A DNA stretch of 32,000 nucleotides. It comes from Erysipelotrichaceae bacterium (GTDB lineage: Bacteria > Bacillota_I > Bacilli_A > Erysipelotrichales > Erysipelotrichaceae). The notes beneath the pieces are model-generated. The model made no database searches. It was not told where the DNA came from and was given only the letters and a program-made list of their open reading frames with translations. The first letter of the stretch is position 1, and every line of letters starts with the position of its first letter. Positions 1 to 8,220 of the stretch are shown in pieces. Location of the stretch: positions 150,001 through 182,000 of the forward strand of contig OY781039.1 of assembly GCA_963676105.1 (NCBI GenBank), given 5' to 3'. The position numbers were made by a program, and so were the translations under genes.

Positions 1-172
1 AAAAGACATAAACTTTCAAATCTCTTATCTCACGTGGATCTATAACACCCGCAATGAGTCCCTGTTTATTATTAAATGGTTTATCTTCAAAGTAATCGAA
101 AATAATGAAATTTTTATCAATTTTTAATGCAAAACTACTGTGATAAAGATACCAAACTTTTATAGTTTTCAT
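1..172 (-). CDS. MBL-fold metallo-hydrolase-like protein, N-terminal part only (gene runs off the window at position 1)
   Basis: Absent from the ORF track because the window edge cuts it. Hand translation of the minus strand from ATG at 172..170 gives MKTIKVWYLYHSSFALKIDKNFIIFDYFEDKPFNNKQGLIAGVIDPREIRDLKVYVF, open to position 1. It resembles N-termini of Lactamase_B_3-type MBL-fold proteins. Confidence 0.45.
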   Translation of the reverse strand, partial: MKTIKVWYLYHSSFALKIDKNFIIFDYFEDKPFNNKQGLIAGVIDPREIRDLKVYVF

Positions 173-177
173 AGGAT

Positions 178-546
178 TTATTTTTTACGTACGATTTCGA
201 TCCAAAATCCATCTGGATCCTCAATAAAATAGAGCCCCATATCTACATTTTCAAAACAAATCACACCGTTTTTCTTATGAAATTCATATGCAGTTTCATA
301 ATCGTCAACTTCAAAACAAATGTGAATTTCATTATCGCCAAGTTCATATGGCTTTTCCCAATCACGTAACCATGTTAGTTCGAGTTTATGCTTTGATTCT
401 CCATCACCAAGAAAAACAATAATGAAACTCTCGTCATCTGCAACTTTACGTTTAACTTCAACGAGTCCTAAATTTTCTTTATAAAAGTTAATACTTTTCT
501 CTAAATCAAATGAACTTAAATTATTGTGGGCAAAATTGAATTTCAT
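178..546 (-). CDS. VOC family protein / glyoxalase I-like (lactoylglutathione lyase-like), 122 aa
   Basis: The ORF has a small glyoxalase/VOC fold pattern (FAHNNL..., ELTW..., IHICFEVDD, FIEDPDGFWIEI). AGGAGA lies 7 nt upstream of the ATG (minus strand). Confidence 0.75.
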   Translation of the reverse strand: MKFNFAHNNLSSFDLEKSINFYKENLGLVEVKRKVADDESFIIVFLGDGESKHKLELTWLRDWEKPYELGDNEIHICFEVDDYETAYEFHKKNGVICFENVDMGLYFIEDPDGFWIEIVRKK

Positions 547-671
547 TTTCTTTTCTCCTAATTGATAATTTTATTTATATAAGATATCTTAACACTCTCA
601 GCATAAAAGATTACTTAGTTTAATCTATAAGCTAAGTAGTATGAGGGTAAAATGCTGCTCATGATTTAAGA

Positions 672-677
672 TATAAT
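672..677 (+). promoter_or_regulatory. Candidate -10 box (TATAAT) 6 nt upstream of the rpiR-family ATG; possible leaderless transcript
   Basis: TATAAT at 672..677, then attttt, then ATG at 684. No Shine-Dalgarno and no convincing -35. Confidence 0.3.
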
Positions 678-683
678 ATTTTT

Positions 684-1535
684 ATGAATATCATTTCTAA
701 AATGAAACAACTAAAAAATTTAACACCTAATGAACAAACGCTAGTTGATTTTATTCTTAAAGATGTAGATAGTTTTCTTAAACTAAAACGTAAAGACATT
801 GCGGTTGAGGCATTTGTTTCAGTCTCTACAATCTATCGTTTAGTCGATAAATTAAAATTAAATGGCATTAATGAGTTTAAACTTCAATTGTTATCAGCAT
901 TACAGGATACAGGGATTGAATCAAATACCTTAGACTATAACTTTCCTGTAGATGAATCAGATAGTATTCAAGAGATCATTTATAATCTCAAACAACTCGA
1001 TAATAAAACCTTAGAAGAAACCATGTTTTTATTTGATTCTGACGAATTATTAGAGATTATCAACCAAATAAAGCCACATACCATTATTGATATTTATACC
1101 TCTTCATCAAACATCTATTTCGCAAAAAACTTTCAGTTTCAAATGAGTGAAATTGGACGAATTGTTAATGTTCCAGAAGAAAACTATTTCCAACGCATTA
1201 CTGCAGCCAATAGTGATACTAATCATTTTCCTATCATTATGTCGTTTGGAGGAAGAGGTCAAACGACTCAAGAAGTCATAGAGATCTTAAGAGAAATGAA
1301 AAAAGATTTTTGTTTAATTGGATCATCAGAAAATAAATGGAAAAAGTATGCGAAATTTAATATTGAAATTCCATTACTTGAAGATCACTACAATAAAATT
1401 TCTTCTTTTGTGACACGTTTATCACTTCTTTATATCTTTGATGTTTTATATACTTGTATCTTTAACTTAAACAATGAAGAAAATTTAAAGTTTAAATTGG
1501 AAGCTTATAGAAAGATAAATTCAAACTTAGACTAA
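684..1535 (+). CDS. MurR/RpiR family transcriptional regulator (N-terminal HTH_6 + C-terminal SIS domain)
   Basis: 283-aa ORF. The N-terminus (LTPNEQTLVDFILKD...AVEAFVSVSTIYRLVDKL) is typical of the RpiR HTH, and the C-terminal half looks like a SIS-type sugar-phosphate binding domain. Confidence 0.8.
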   Translation: MNIISKMKQLKNLTPNEQTLVDFILKDVDSFLKLKRKDIAVEAFVSVSTIYRLVDKLKLNGINEFKLQLLSALQDTGIESNTLDYNFPVDESDSIQEIIYNLKQLDNKTLEETMFLFDSDELLEIINQIKPHTIIDIYTSSSNIYFAKNFQFQMSEIGRIVNVPEENYFQRITAANSDTNHFPIIMSFGGRGQTTQEVIEILREMKKDFCLIGSSENKWKKYAKFNIEIPLLEDHYNKISSFVTRLSLLYIFDVLYTCIFNLNNEENLKFKLEAYRKINSNLD

Positions 1536-1560
1536 AAAGCGATCATAATGATCGCCTTTT
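1536..1560. terminator. Bidirectional intrinsic terminator between convergent rpiR-like and HAD genes
   Basis: GCGATCA-taa-TGATCGC stem flanked by an A-run on the left and a T-run on the right (aaagcgatcataatgatcgcctttt). Confidence 0.65.
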
Positions 1561-1571
1561 AGGTGTATATC

Positions 1572-2405
1572 CTACAAATATCTCTCGACAACTAGGGCAA
1601 TACCATCGTTATCGTTAGAGGCCGTAATTTCCTGGGCAGCGTTTTTAAGTTCATCCACGGCGTTATCCATAGCCACACCCAGTCCTGCAAATTCTATAAT
1701 GGACATATCGTTTTGACCATCTCCAAAGGCAATACAATCTTTTGCATCAATACCCATTGGTGTGAGTACATTTCTGAGTGCATTTCCTTTATCAATGCCT
1801 TTAGCAGTGAATTCATAATAGAAGGCAGCAGTAAACATCGAACTAAGTTTACCTTCAAATGGTTTTCTTATGTTTTCGTAGTTTTTAGTTAAGTAATCAG
1901 GATCAGCCGCAATAAGGATTTTATTTAGTTCAAAATCTGCAAATTCGGCTAGATTTTCTTTCTCGCAGAGCAAATATTTGCCTCCTCGTGATTCATACTG
2001 GATGATATTTATATCTTTATCTTTGTAGTGAATATTGTTGTTATAGACATTATTAACATACATGGTGTCACCTTTAGCAATCATCGGCATGACATCAAAG
2101 TTTTCTAAATGAGTAAGGACTGCTTTTACTTCTTTAACAGTCATGGCTTGATTGAATAGAAGTTCATTTGTTTGACAGTCAATAACGGCAGCACCGTTAT
2201 AGGAAACGAGTAAACCATCATGTTCATTCATTTTTAATTGTTTAGCGACATCAACCATGACACGTGCTGGTCTGCCTGATGCTAAGATTAATTTAACACC
2301 CTTATCTTGGGCAGCTAATAAAGCTTTAAGCGTACGAGGACTAATCTTCTTTTCTGATGTATATAATGTTCCATCAATATCTAAAATAATTGCTTTTAAG
2401 TTCAT
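1572..2405 (-). CDS. Cof-type HAD-IIB family sugar phosphatase
   Basis: DIDGTL motif at the N-terminus (MNLKAIILDIDGTLY), SGR motif and GDGQND near the C-terminus. The tracked ORF starts at a TTG (2435), but ATG at 2405 has AAGGAG 6 nt upstream, so the shorter start is preferred. Confidence 0.85.
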   Translation of the reverse strand: MNLKAIILDIDGTLYTSEKKISPRTLKALLAAQDKGVKLILASGRPARVMVDVAKQLKMNEHDGLLVSYNGAAVIDCQTNELLFNQAMTVKEVKAVLTHLENFDVMPMIAKGDTMYVNNVYNNNIHYKDKDINIIQYESRGGKYLLCEKENLAEFADFELNKILIAADPDYLTKNYENIRKPFEGKLSSMFTAAFYYEFTAKGIDKGNALRNVLTPMGIDAKDCIAFGDGQNDMSIIEFAGLGVAMDNAVDELKNAAQEITASNDNDGIALVVERYL

Positions 2406-2599
2406 AAAATCTCCTTGTCCATAAAATATTAACAATTTTCTTCACTTTTGTGCACGATTCACAAAGTTTTGAAAAAAGAATATCAAAACAGGTATTTTTA
2501 AACTTAATAAGTGAAAATTGTGTTTCAATAAAATAGACTAGAATGTTAATAAAAGTATGTACATGCTTTATTAATTACATTAATGAAAACGAGTATATT

Positions 2600-3778
2600 A
2601 TGACTAGATCAAGACATCCAAATCAGATTATTGTTTTAATTATCATTTATATTGCCTTCATCTCTTTAGGTTTACCCGATGCTTTACTAGGTTCTTCATG
2701 GAATTTAATGCGTGTAGACTTAGAACAACAATTGAGTATGGTGGGTTTAATTACGGCTACTTCTTATGCGCTCACTTTAACGTCTACTTTTTTATCGCCA
2801 AAATTATTAGCTTTCTTTCAGACAAAAGTTATTGTTTTTATTAGTATTATTTTTACTGGTTCTGCAGTCATATTAATTAGCCAAGTATCAAACTTTTGGG
2901 TTCTTGTTTTTTTGACTATCCCGTTAGGTATTGGGGCAGGTGCGATTGATCTATCACTCAACCATTATGTATCCATTCACTATAAGGCTTCTCATATGAG
3001 TTATCTACATGGTTTTTATGGAATTGGTGTGACAACTGGTCCACTTATTATGGCAAAAGTTCTAGAATATAATACATGGCGTATTGGTTACATGATTGTA
3101 GGAATTATTCTTTTAATCATTGCCTTTTTAGTTTTAATCACATTTCCTTACTGGTTTAAAGAAAGTACTGAGCATCAAGAAGAATATCACGGTAATTATT
3201 CTGTTAAAGAAGTTTTCTTAACAAAAGGGGTTATTCCTAGTATTTTAATTTTCATGTTTTATGTGCACATCGAATCTTTCTTAAGTGTTTTTGTGGCGAG
3301 TTATATGCATTTAGTTAAAGGGTTTAACTTATCACAATCTGCACTCGCAACAATGGTATATTTTTTAGCTTTAACAGCAGGACGATTTACCAGTGGATTT
3401 ATTTCAAACCGTTTTAAGTCTCAAATGATTATTAAATTAAGTGAATTACTTATAATACTTGGTGCAATTCTTTTAATCATAAATGTTTCAAATGCTTATC
3501 TAAGTTTCTTGTTTATTTTTCTTATCGGTTTTGGTTCTGGTCCAATCTATCCAAATATGATGCATCTTAATTCAAAATTTTTTGAAAATCAAAAGATAAG
3601 TAGAGTCATGAGTCTACAAATGATGATCGGCTATTTAGGATTTGGTGCACTAACTCCTTTAATGGGAATTATATTAGATAAGGTATCAATAAATCTTTAT
3701 CCTTTCATTATTATTCTTCTTGGAACTTGTTTGTTTTTAATCACTTCTTATTATCTAAAAATCAAAAATGAAAATTAG
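2600..3778 (+). CDS. MFS transporter (about 12 predicted TM segments)
   Basis: Long hydrophobic ORF with MFS-like periodicity. The tracked ORF starts at 2543, but the first 19 residues (MLIKVCTCFINYINENEYI) look non-native, so ATG at 2600 (MTRSRHPNQ...) is preferred. The start is uncertain. Confidence 0.7.
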   Translation: MTRSRHPNQIIVLIIIYIAFISLGLPDALLGSSWNLMRVDLEQQLSMVGLITATSYALTLTSTFLSPKLLAFFQTKVIVFISIIFTGSAVILISQVSNFWVLVFLTIPLGIGAGAIDLSLNHYVSIHYKASHMSYLHGFYGIGVTTGPLIMAKVLEYNTWRIGYMIVGIILLIIAFLVLITFPYWFKESTEHQEEYHGNYSVKEVFLTKGVIPSILIFMFYVHIESFLSVFVASYMHLVKGFNLSQSALATMVYFLALTAGRFTSGFISNRFKSQMIIKLSELLIILGAILLIINVSNAYLSFLFIFLIGFGSGPIYPNMMHLNSKFFENQKISRVMSLQMMIGYLGFGALTPLMGIILDKVSINLYPFIIILLGTCLFLITSYYLKIKNEN

Positions 3779-3934
3779 ATTTAAATTAATCATAAGAAGT
3801 AAAGCAGACTAGAATAATGATGTTTTTTGTATGGGAATAGCATTTATTAGAACTTAGTGAAATTTGTCACAAATGAGTATCTATAAGCTTAAATATAAGG
3901 TACAATAAGTTTAGATTAAAAAGGGAGAATGATT

Positions 3935-4606
3935 ATGGAAAAAACAACATTTAAAGATTTAACCGTTTTATTGATTAAACTAGTGGACAAGATTAATGAT
4001 TATGTTGAAGATCATCATCGCAGAAGTGCAGTGGCAGCCTACTACATTGGCAAAGAAATGAATCTTTCAGCCAAAGAATTAAGAGATGTCGTTATCGCAA
4101 CCTCTATTCATGACTTAGGCGTTTTAACTTTAGAAGAAAGAGATATCGCGATGAGTGAAGATGATTCTCAATCAGAGGCACACTGTAATCTAGGTTATGA
4201 AATGTTAGTTGATTTCAAACCATATAAAGACATTGCGCAAATTATTAAATATCATCACACACATTACTTCCAAGGTGAGCATATTGAAGATTTTAATAAA
4301 GGAAGCTATATTACACATCTTGCCCATCGCATTGATACAATGATTGCGCCAAAATTGGATATTTTAGTTCAAACAGATCGTATTATTGATCGCATTTCTT
4401 CTCAAGCTGGAAGTGTTTTTGATATCGATGTCAATGATGCCTTCTTAGAGGTATCATCTAAAGCTAAATTCTGGAATGATATTGTGAACATGTCTATTGA
4501 AGATCTATTTAATGAATTAGATTGCGAAGATAACGCGGAAATTGATTTAGAAATCATGAATGGTTTTATCAAAACACTTACTAAAATTGTTGATTTAAGA
4601 AAATAA
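3935..4606 (+). CDS. Stand-alone HD-domain protein, paralog of the N-terminal half of the HD-GYP protein at 11721..12977
   Basis: Motifs HHRR...HDLG...HC...KYHH. Alignable along its whole length with residues 1 to about 222 of the 418-aa protein. GGGAGA lies 7 nt upstream of ATG 3935; the ORF-track start at 3929 sits too close to the SD. Confidence 0.7.
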   Translation: MEKTTFKDLTVLLIKLVDKINDYVEDHHRRSAVAAYYIGKEMNLSAKELRDVVIATSIHDLGVLTLEERDIAMSEDDSQSEAHCNLGYEMLVDFKPYKDIAQIIKYHHTHYFQGEHIEDFNKGSYITHLAHRIDTMIAPKLDILVQTDRIIDRISSQAGSVFDIDVNDAFLEVSSKAKFWNDIVNMSIEDLFNELDCEDNAEIDLEIMNGFIKTLTKIVDLRK

Positions 4607-4611
4607 CTTAG

Positions 4612-4636
4612 ACAAGCAGAAATGCTTGTTTTTTTA
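4612..4636 (+). terminator. Intrinsic terminator after the HD-domain gene
   Basis: ACAAGCA-gaaa-TGCTTGT followed by TTTTTTT. Confidence 0.8.
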
Positions 4637-4648
4637 AGTTATAGTATT

Positions 4649-4676
4649 TTATCAATTAATGTGAATGCTTTATAAT
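4649..4676 (+). promoter_or_regulatory. Candidate sigma-70-type promoter of acylphosphatase; start codon 8 nt after the -10 (leaderless-type arrangement)
   Basis: TTATCA (4649..4654), 16-nt spacer, TATAAT (4671..4676), then gtagatat, then ATG 4685. No Shine-Dalgarno. Confidence 0.45.
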
Positions 4677-4684
4677 GTAGATAT

Positions 4685-4969
4685 ATGAATCAGACTGTAA
4701 AAACAATCAAAATAAGAATAAGTGGCTTTGTTCAAGGAGTCGGTATGCGCTATTTTATTCATTCAACCGCCATCAGCAATCAGGTTACTGGAACAGTACA
4801 AAACCTTTATGATGGAGATGTTGAATGTATTGCTCAGGGAAGTGAAGACCATTTAAAACAATTCGTTGAAGATATAAAGATGGGACATCCTGGAACGATT
4901 GATATGTTGGATGTTAAAGACATTGAAACTAAAGAATTATTTAATGATTTCGATGTAAAATTATTTTAG
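4685..4969 (+). CDS. acyP: Acylphosphatase, 94 aa
   Basis: The size and the N-terminal signature ISGFVQGVGMRYF match the acylphosphatase V-x-G-x-V-Q-G-V-x-F-R pattern. Confidence 0.8.
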   Translation: MNQTVKTIKIRISGFVQGVGMRYFIHSTAISNQVTGTVQNLYDGDVECIAQGSEDHLKQFVEDIKMGHPGTIDMLDVKDIETKELFNDFDVKLF

Positions 4970-4976
4970 AAAACTT

Positions 4977-5008
4977 AAAATATTCCTTGATTATAAGGAA
5001 TATTTTTT
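4977..5008 (+). terminator. Intrinsic terminator after acyP
   Basis: AAATATTCCTT-gattat-AAGGAATATTT stem running into a T-run. Confidence 0.8.
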
Positions 5009-5050
5009 ATTTGAAATGATAAAATAGATTCACATATTAGAAGAGGTTTT

Positions 5051-7195
5051 ATGGAACAATTAATACAACCCATTGCTAACAAATTAGCAATTTCAGCAAC
5101 GCAGGTCAAAAACACGCTCAATTTATTAGAAGAAGGTAATACGATACCTTTTATTGCACGATATCGTAAAGAAATTACTAAGAATTTAGATGAAGAACAA
5201 ATTCGTTATATTGACGAGCAATACCAATATCAAAAGAAACTCTTAGAGCGTAAAGAAGATGTTAAACGCTTAATTAAAACACAAGGCAAACTAACAGAGG
5301 AACTCATTAAACAAATCGATGCCTGTGAAACTTTAGCACAAGTTGAGGATATTTATCGTCCTTATAAACAAAAGAAAAAAACAAGAGCTACCGATGCGAT
5401 TGAAAAAGGTTTAGAACCTTTAGCAAAGTGGATTTTGTCACTTCCTAGAAGTGGAGATGTTGAAATTGAAGCAAAGAAATATCTAAATGACAATGTTGGA
5501 ACAATTGAAGATGCGATACAAGGCGCGAAAGATATCATTGCGGAAATGGTTAGTGATGATGCGAAGTTAAGATCTTTAATAAGAGAAATGATTTTTACTG
5601 AATCTAAGATGATCGTTAAATTAAAGAAAAAAGCTGAAGATCCAGAAAAGAAATATAAAGTTTATTATGACTATCAAGAGCGCGCCAAGACTTTAGCTCC
5701 ACATCGCATAATGGCGATAAATCGTGGAGAAAAAGAAAAAGTCTTAGATGTGTCAATAGATTACAACAAAGAGCGTTTTTCACGTTATCAATTTAACCAA
5801 TTAACTCATCATAAAGAGAGTATTGTAAATGATTTAATTCAGGAAGCCATTACAGATGGTTTAAAACGTTTGGTTTATCCAAGCATTGAACGAGAACTTA
5901 GATCTGAATTATCCGATACTGCACAAGAAAAATCTATTGATGTATTCTCATCAAACTTAGAAAGTTTACTATTACAAACACCGATGAAAGATGCGAAGAT
6001 TCTTGGTTTAGATCCAGCTTATCGTACAGGATGTAAATTAGCGGTTATAGATCAAACCGGTAAACTATTACATATTGATAAAATCTATCCCCATCAACCT
6101 GTAAATAAAGTTGATGAAGCTAAAAAAATTACAATCAATCTATTAAAGAAATATCAAATTAATTTAATTGCGATTGGGAATGGAACAGCATCACGTGAAT
6201 CTGAAATGTTTATTGCGAACATCTTAAAGGAAAATTCTGATATTAAAGCACAGTATGCGATTGTTTCAGAAGCTGGAGCATCTGTTTATAGTGCAGGTGA
6301 TGTCGCAAGAGCAGAATTTCCAGATTTACAAGTCGAAGAGAGATCAGCAGTATCTATCGCACGTAGATTATTAGATCCATTATCAGAACTTATAAAAATT
6401 GATCCGAAGTCAATTGGGGTGGGACAATATCAACATGATTTAGCCCCAGCACGTCTTAAAGAACGTTTAGATTTTGCGGTAACAAAAACAGTTAATCGGA
6501 TTGGGGTTGATGTTAACACAGCTAGTCCAGAACTTTTACAACATATTTCTGGTCTGAATAAAAAAGTTGCTGAATCCATTGTGGATTATCGTAATACAAA
6601 TGGGTTATTTAAAAGCCGTAAAGAATTCACAAAAGTTAAAGGATTAGGTGAAAAGGCATTTACGCAGGCAGCTGGATTCTTACGTGTAACACACGCTAAA
6701 AATGAATTAGATGCTACAGCCATTCATCCAGAGAGCTATGAATTAACACTAAAACTTATGAGAGATTTAGGTATCAAATCATTAAGTGATGAAATGAATA
6801 TTAATGTAGACCCAAAGAAAATTGAAGTTTTGGCAAATACATTAAGTTCAGATGTCTACACCATTACAGATATCTGCCAAATCTTAGCCAATCCTTTTAG
6901 AGATTATCGTGAGTCATTTGATGGTCCTTTGTTGCACTCTGATATTGTGAAGTTAGAAGATTTATCAGTTGGTATGCAATTAGAAGGTACGGTTAGAAAT
7001 GTGACTGATTTTGGTGCATTTGTTGATATTGGATTAAAAAATGATGGATTGATTCATATCTCAAAATTAAGTAAAGAACGCGTATCATCAGTCTATGATG
7101 TCGTTTCTGTTGGGGATATTGTATCTGTAACTGTTATAAATATTGATTTAGAACGCCATAAAGTTTCTTTATCAATGATTGAAAAAAATAATTAA
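5051..7195 (+). CDS. tex: Tex-like transcription accessory protein (YqgF/RuvC-like, HhH and C-terminal S1 RNA-binding domains), 714 aa
   Basis: N-terminal ...NTIPFIARYRKE motif, central IAIGNGTASRE (YqgF-like) and C-terminal S1 domain (GTVRNVTDFGAFVDIG...GLIHIS). GAGG Shine-Dalgarno upstream. Confidence 0.9.
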   Translation: MEQLIQPIANKLAISATQVKNTLNLLEEGNTIPFIARYRKEITKNLDEEQIRYIDEQYQYQKKLLERKEDVKRLIKTQGKLTEELIKQIDACETLAQVEDIYRPYKQKKKTRATDAIEKGLEPLAKWILSLPRSGDVEIEAKKYLNDNVGTIEDAIQGAKDIIAEMVSDDAKLRSLIREMIFTESKMIVKLKKKAEDPEKKYKVYYDYQERAKTLAPHRIMAINRGEKEKVLDVSIDYNKERFSRYQFNQLTHHKESIVNDLIQEAITDGLKRLVYPSIERELRSELSDTAQEKSIDVFSSNLESLLLQTPMKDAKILGLDPAYRTGCKLAVIDQTGKLLHIDKIYPHQPVNKVDEAKKITINLLKKYQINLIAIGNGTASRESEMFIANILKENSDIKAQYAIVSEAGASVYSAGDVARAEFPDLQVEERSAVSIARRLLDPLSELIKIDPKSIGVGQYQHDLAPARLKERLDFAVTKTVNRIGVDVNTASPELLQHISGLNKKVAESIVDYRNTNGLFKSRKEFTKVKGLGEKAFTQAAGFLRVTHAKNELDATAIHPESYELTLKLMRDLGIKSLSDEMNINVDPKKIEVLANTLSSDVYTITDICQILANPFRDYRESFDGPLLHSDIVKLEDLSVGMQLEGTVRNVTDFGAFVDIGLKNDGLIHISKLSKERVSSVYDVVSVGDIVSVTVINIDLERHKVSLSMIEKNN

Positions 7196-7289
7196 AAATG
7201 AGCATATTGAATGCATGTTTTAATCTTTTTATATATAATCAAAAACATGTTATAAACACATAAGAAATTTAAATTAGGAGAAATTAAAA

Positions 7290-7898
7290 ATGTCAAAGTA
7301 TGATGTAGTTATTATTGGTGGTGGAGCTTCAGGTTTATCTGCAGCGATCACTCTAGGTTCAGGCGCAGAGAAATTAGCTTTTGTAGCTGATAAAAAAGTA
7401 TTGGTTATTGATTCAGGTAAATCACATTTAAAAATCGCAAAATTATTTAATGCAGCTGGGGTAACAAAAGGAACACCAGGTGTTGATGTACTAGCTGATT
7501 TAAAAGAAAGAGCTACTGCTTATCCAAATGTAGAACTATTAGATGGAACAGTAACTGCTGTTTCAGGTAGTGCAGGTGCATTTACAGTAAAAACTGAAGA
7601 TGCAGAATTTGAAGCTGGTATTATTGTTTTCGCGACAGGTATGGCTTCTATTGATATCGAAGGTATTGGTGCAAACGTTGTTGAAAACAAACGCGCAACT
7701 AAACCTGGTACATTAATGATAGAAGGTTCAGAATCAGGACGCATTGCTGAAGGTAAGTATGTAACTGGTGTTGCAACTGGTGCTGCTTCAATGTTCACAA
7801 TGGCTGCTGGCTTAGGTGCTCAAACAGCAACTGATATCATGAGTTCATGGAATGACAAATATGTTGTTATCCATGATGTTAATGCTCCAAAGGCTTAA
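7290..7898 (+). CDS. Small FAD-binding oxidoreductase-like protein (TrxR-like FAD domain without an NAD(P)H domain), 202 aa, no cysteine
   Basis: N-terminal YDVVIIGGGASGLSAA dinucleotide-binding motif, FATG motif near residue 115, and a C-terminal TrxR-like FAD motif region (YVTGVATGAASMFTMAAGLGAQTA). Strong AGGAGA SD and an Ala/Gly/Val-rich composition with GGT/GCT/GTA/ACT codons. Confidence 0.7.
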   Translation: MSKYDVVIIGGGASGLSAAITLGSGAEKLAFVADKKVLVIDSGKSHLKIAKLFNAAGVTKGTPGVDVLADLKERATAYPNVELLDGTVTAVSGSAGAFTVKTEDAEFEAGIIVFATGMASIDIEGIGANVVENKRATKPGTLMIEGSESGRIAEGKYVTGVATGAASMFTMAAGLGAQTATDIMSSWNDKYVVIHDVNAPKA

Positions 7899-7908
7899 TT
7901 AAATATTT

Positions 7909-7941
7909 AAAAACACCCAAGATAATTTGGGTGTTTTTTTT
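7909..7941 (+). terminator. Intrinsic terminator after the flavoprotein gene
   Basis: AAAAACACCCA-agataatt-TGGGTGTTTTTTTT. Confidence 0.85.
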
Positions 7942-7947
7942 GGTCTG

Positions 7948-7956
7948 TGTTATAAC
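7948..7956 (+). promoter_or_regulatory. Candidate extended -10 (TGtTATAAC) 6 nt upstream of ATG 7963
   Basis: tgt+tataac at 7948..7956, then attact, then ATG. No Shine-Dalgarno. Confidence 0.3.
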
Positions 7957-7962
7957 ATTACT

Positions 7963-8220
7963 ATGCAGACTTTCTATATTGATGAAGCTATAGTTTATTT
8001 AAAACAGGGAGATGTGATTAAAACAGTCAATCAACCTTTTTTCTATATAATTTTATTAGAAAATAAAATAATTGTAATGAATGATAATTCTCGATCTCAT
8101 ATCACTGTTGATGATTTTAAAACACTATATAATCATGAGAAATTCAGTATTCATGAGAGTGGAAATGAACAAGAAATTAGTCTTGAAAAAGACAAAGAAT
8201 ACTATTCTTGGAAACAGTAA
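7963..8220 (+). CDS. Hypothetical small protein, 85 aa
   Basis: The tracked ORF starts at 7927, inside the upstream terminator, so ATG 7963 (MQTFYIDEAIVYLKQGD...) is preferred. No family was recognised. Confidence 0.4.
   Translation: MQTFYIDEAIVYLKQGDVIKTVNQPFFYIILLENKIIVMNDNSRSHITVDDFKTLYNHEKFSIHESGNEQEISLEKDKEYYSWKQ

Noticed and set aside
2543-2599. N-terminal extension of the MFS ORF (MLIKVCTCFINYINENEYI). Similar upstream extensions occur at 2406..2435, 3929..3934, 7927..7962, 16276..16293, 24658..24708 and 26480..26491
   Set aside because: The extensions begin at TTG or poorly placed ATG codons, overlap terminators or upstream genes, or lack an SD. Downstream ATGs have good ribosome-binding sites or fit family N-termini better.
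7520-7798. 92-aa ORF antisense to the mini-flavoprotein gene
   Set aside because: It lies entirely inside a well-supported plus-strand gene. The open antisense frame follows from the Ala/Gly/Val-rich codon composition, and there is no SD or promoter.
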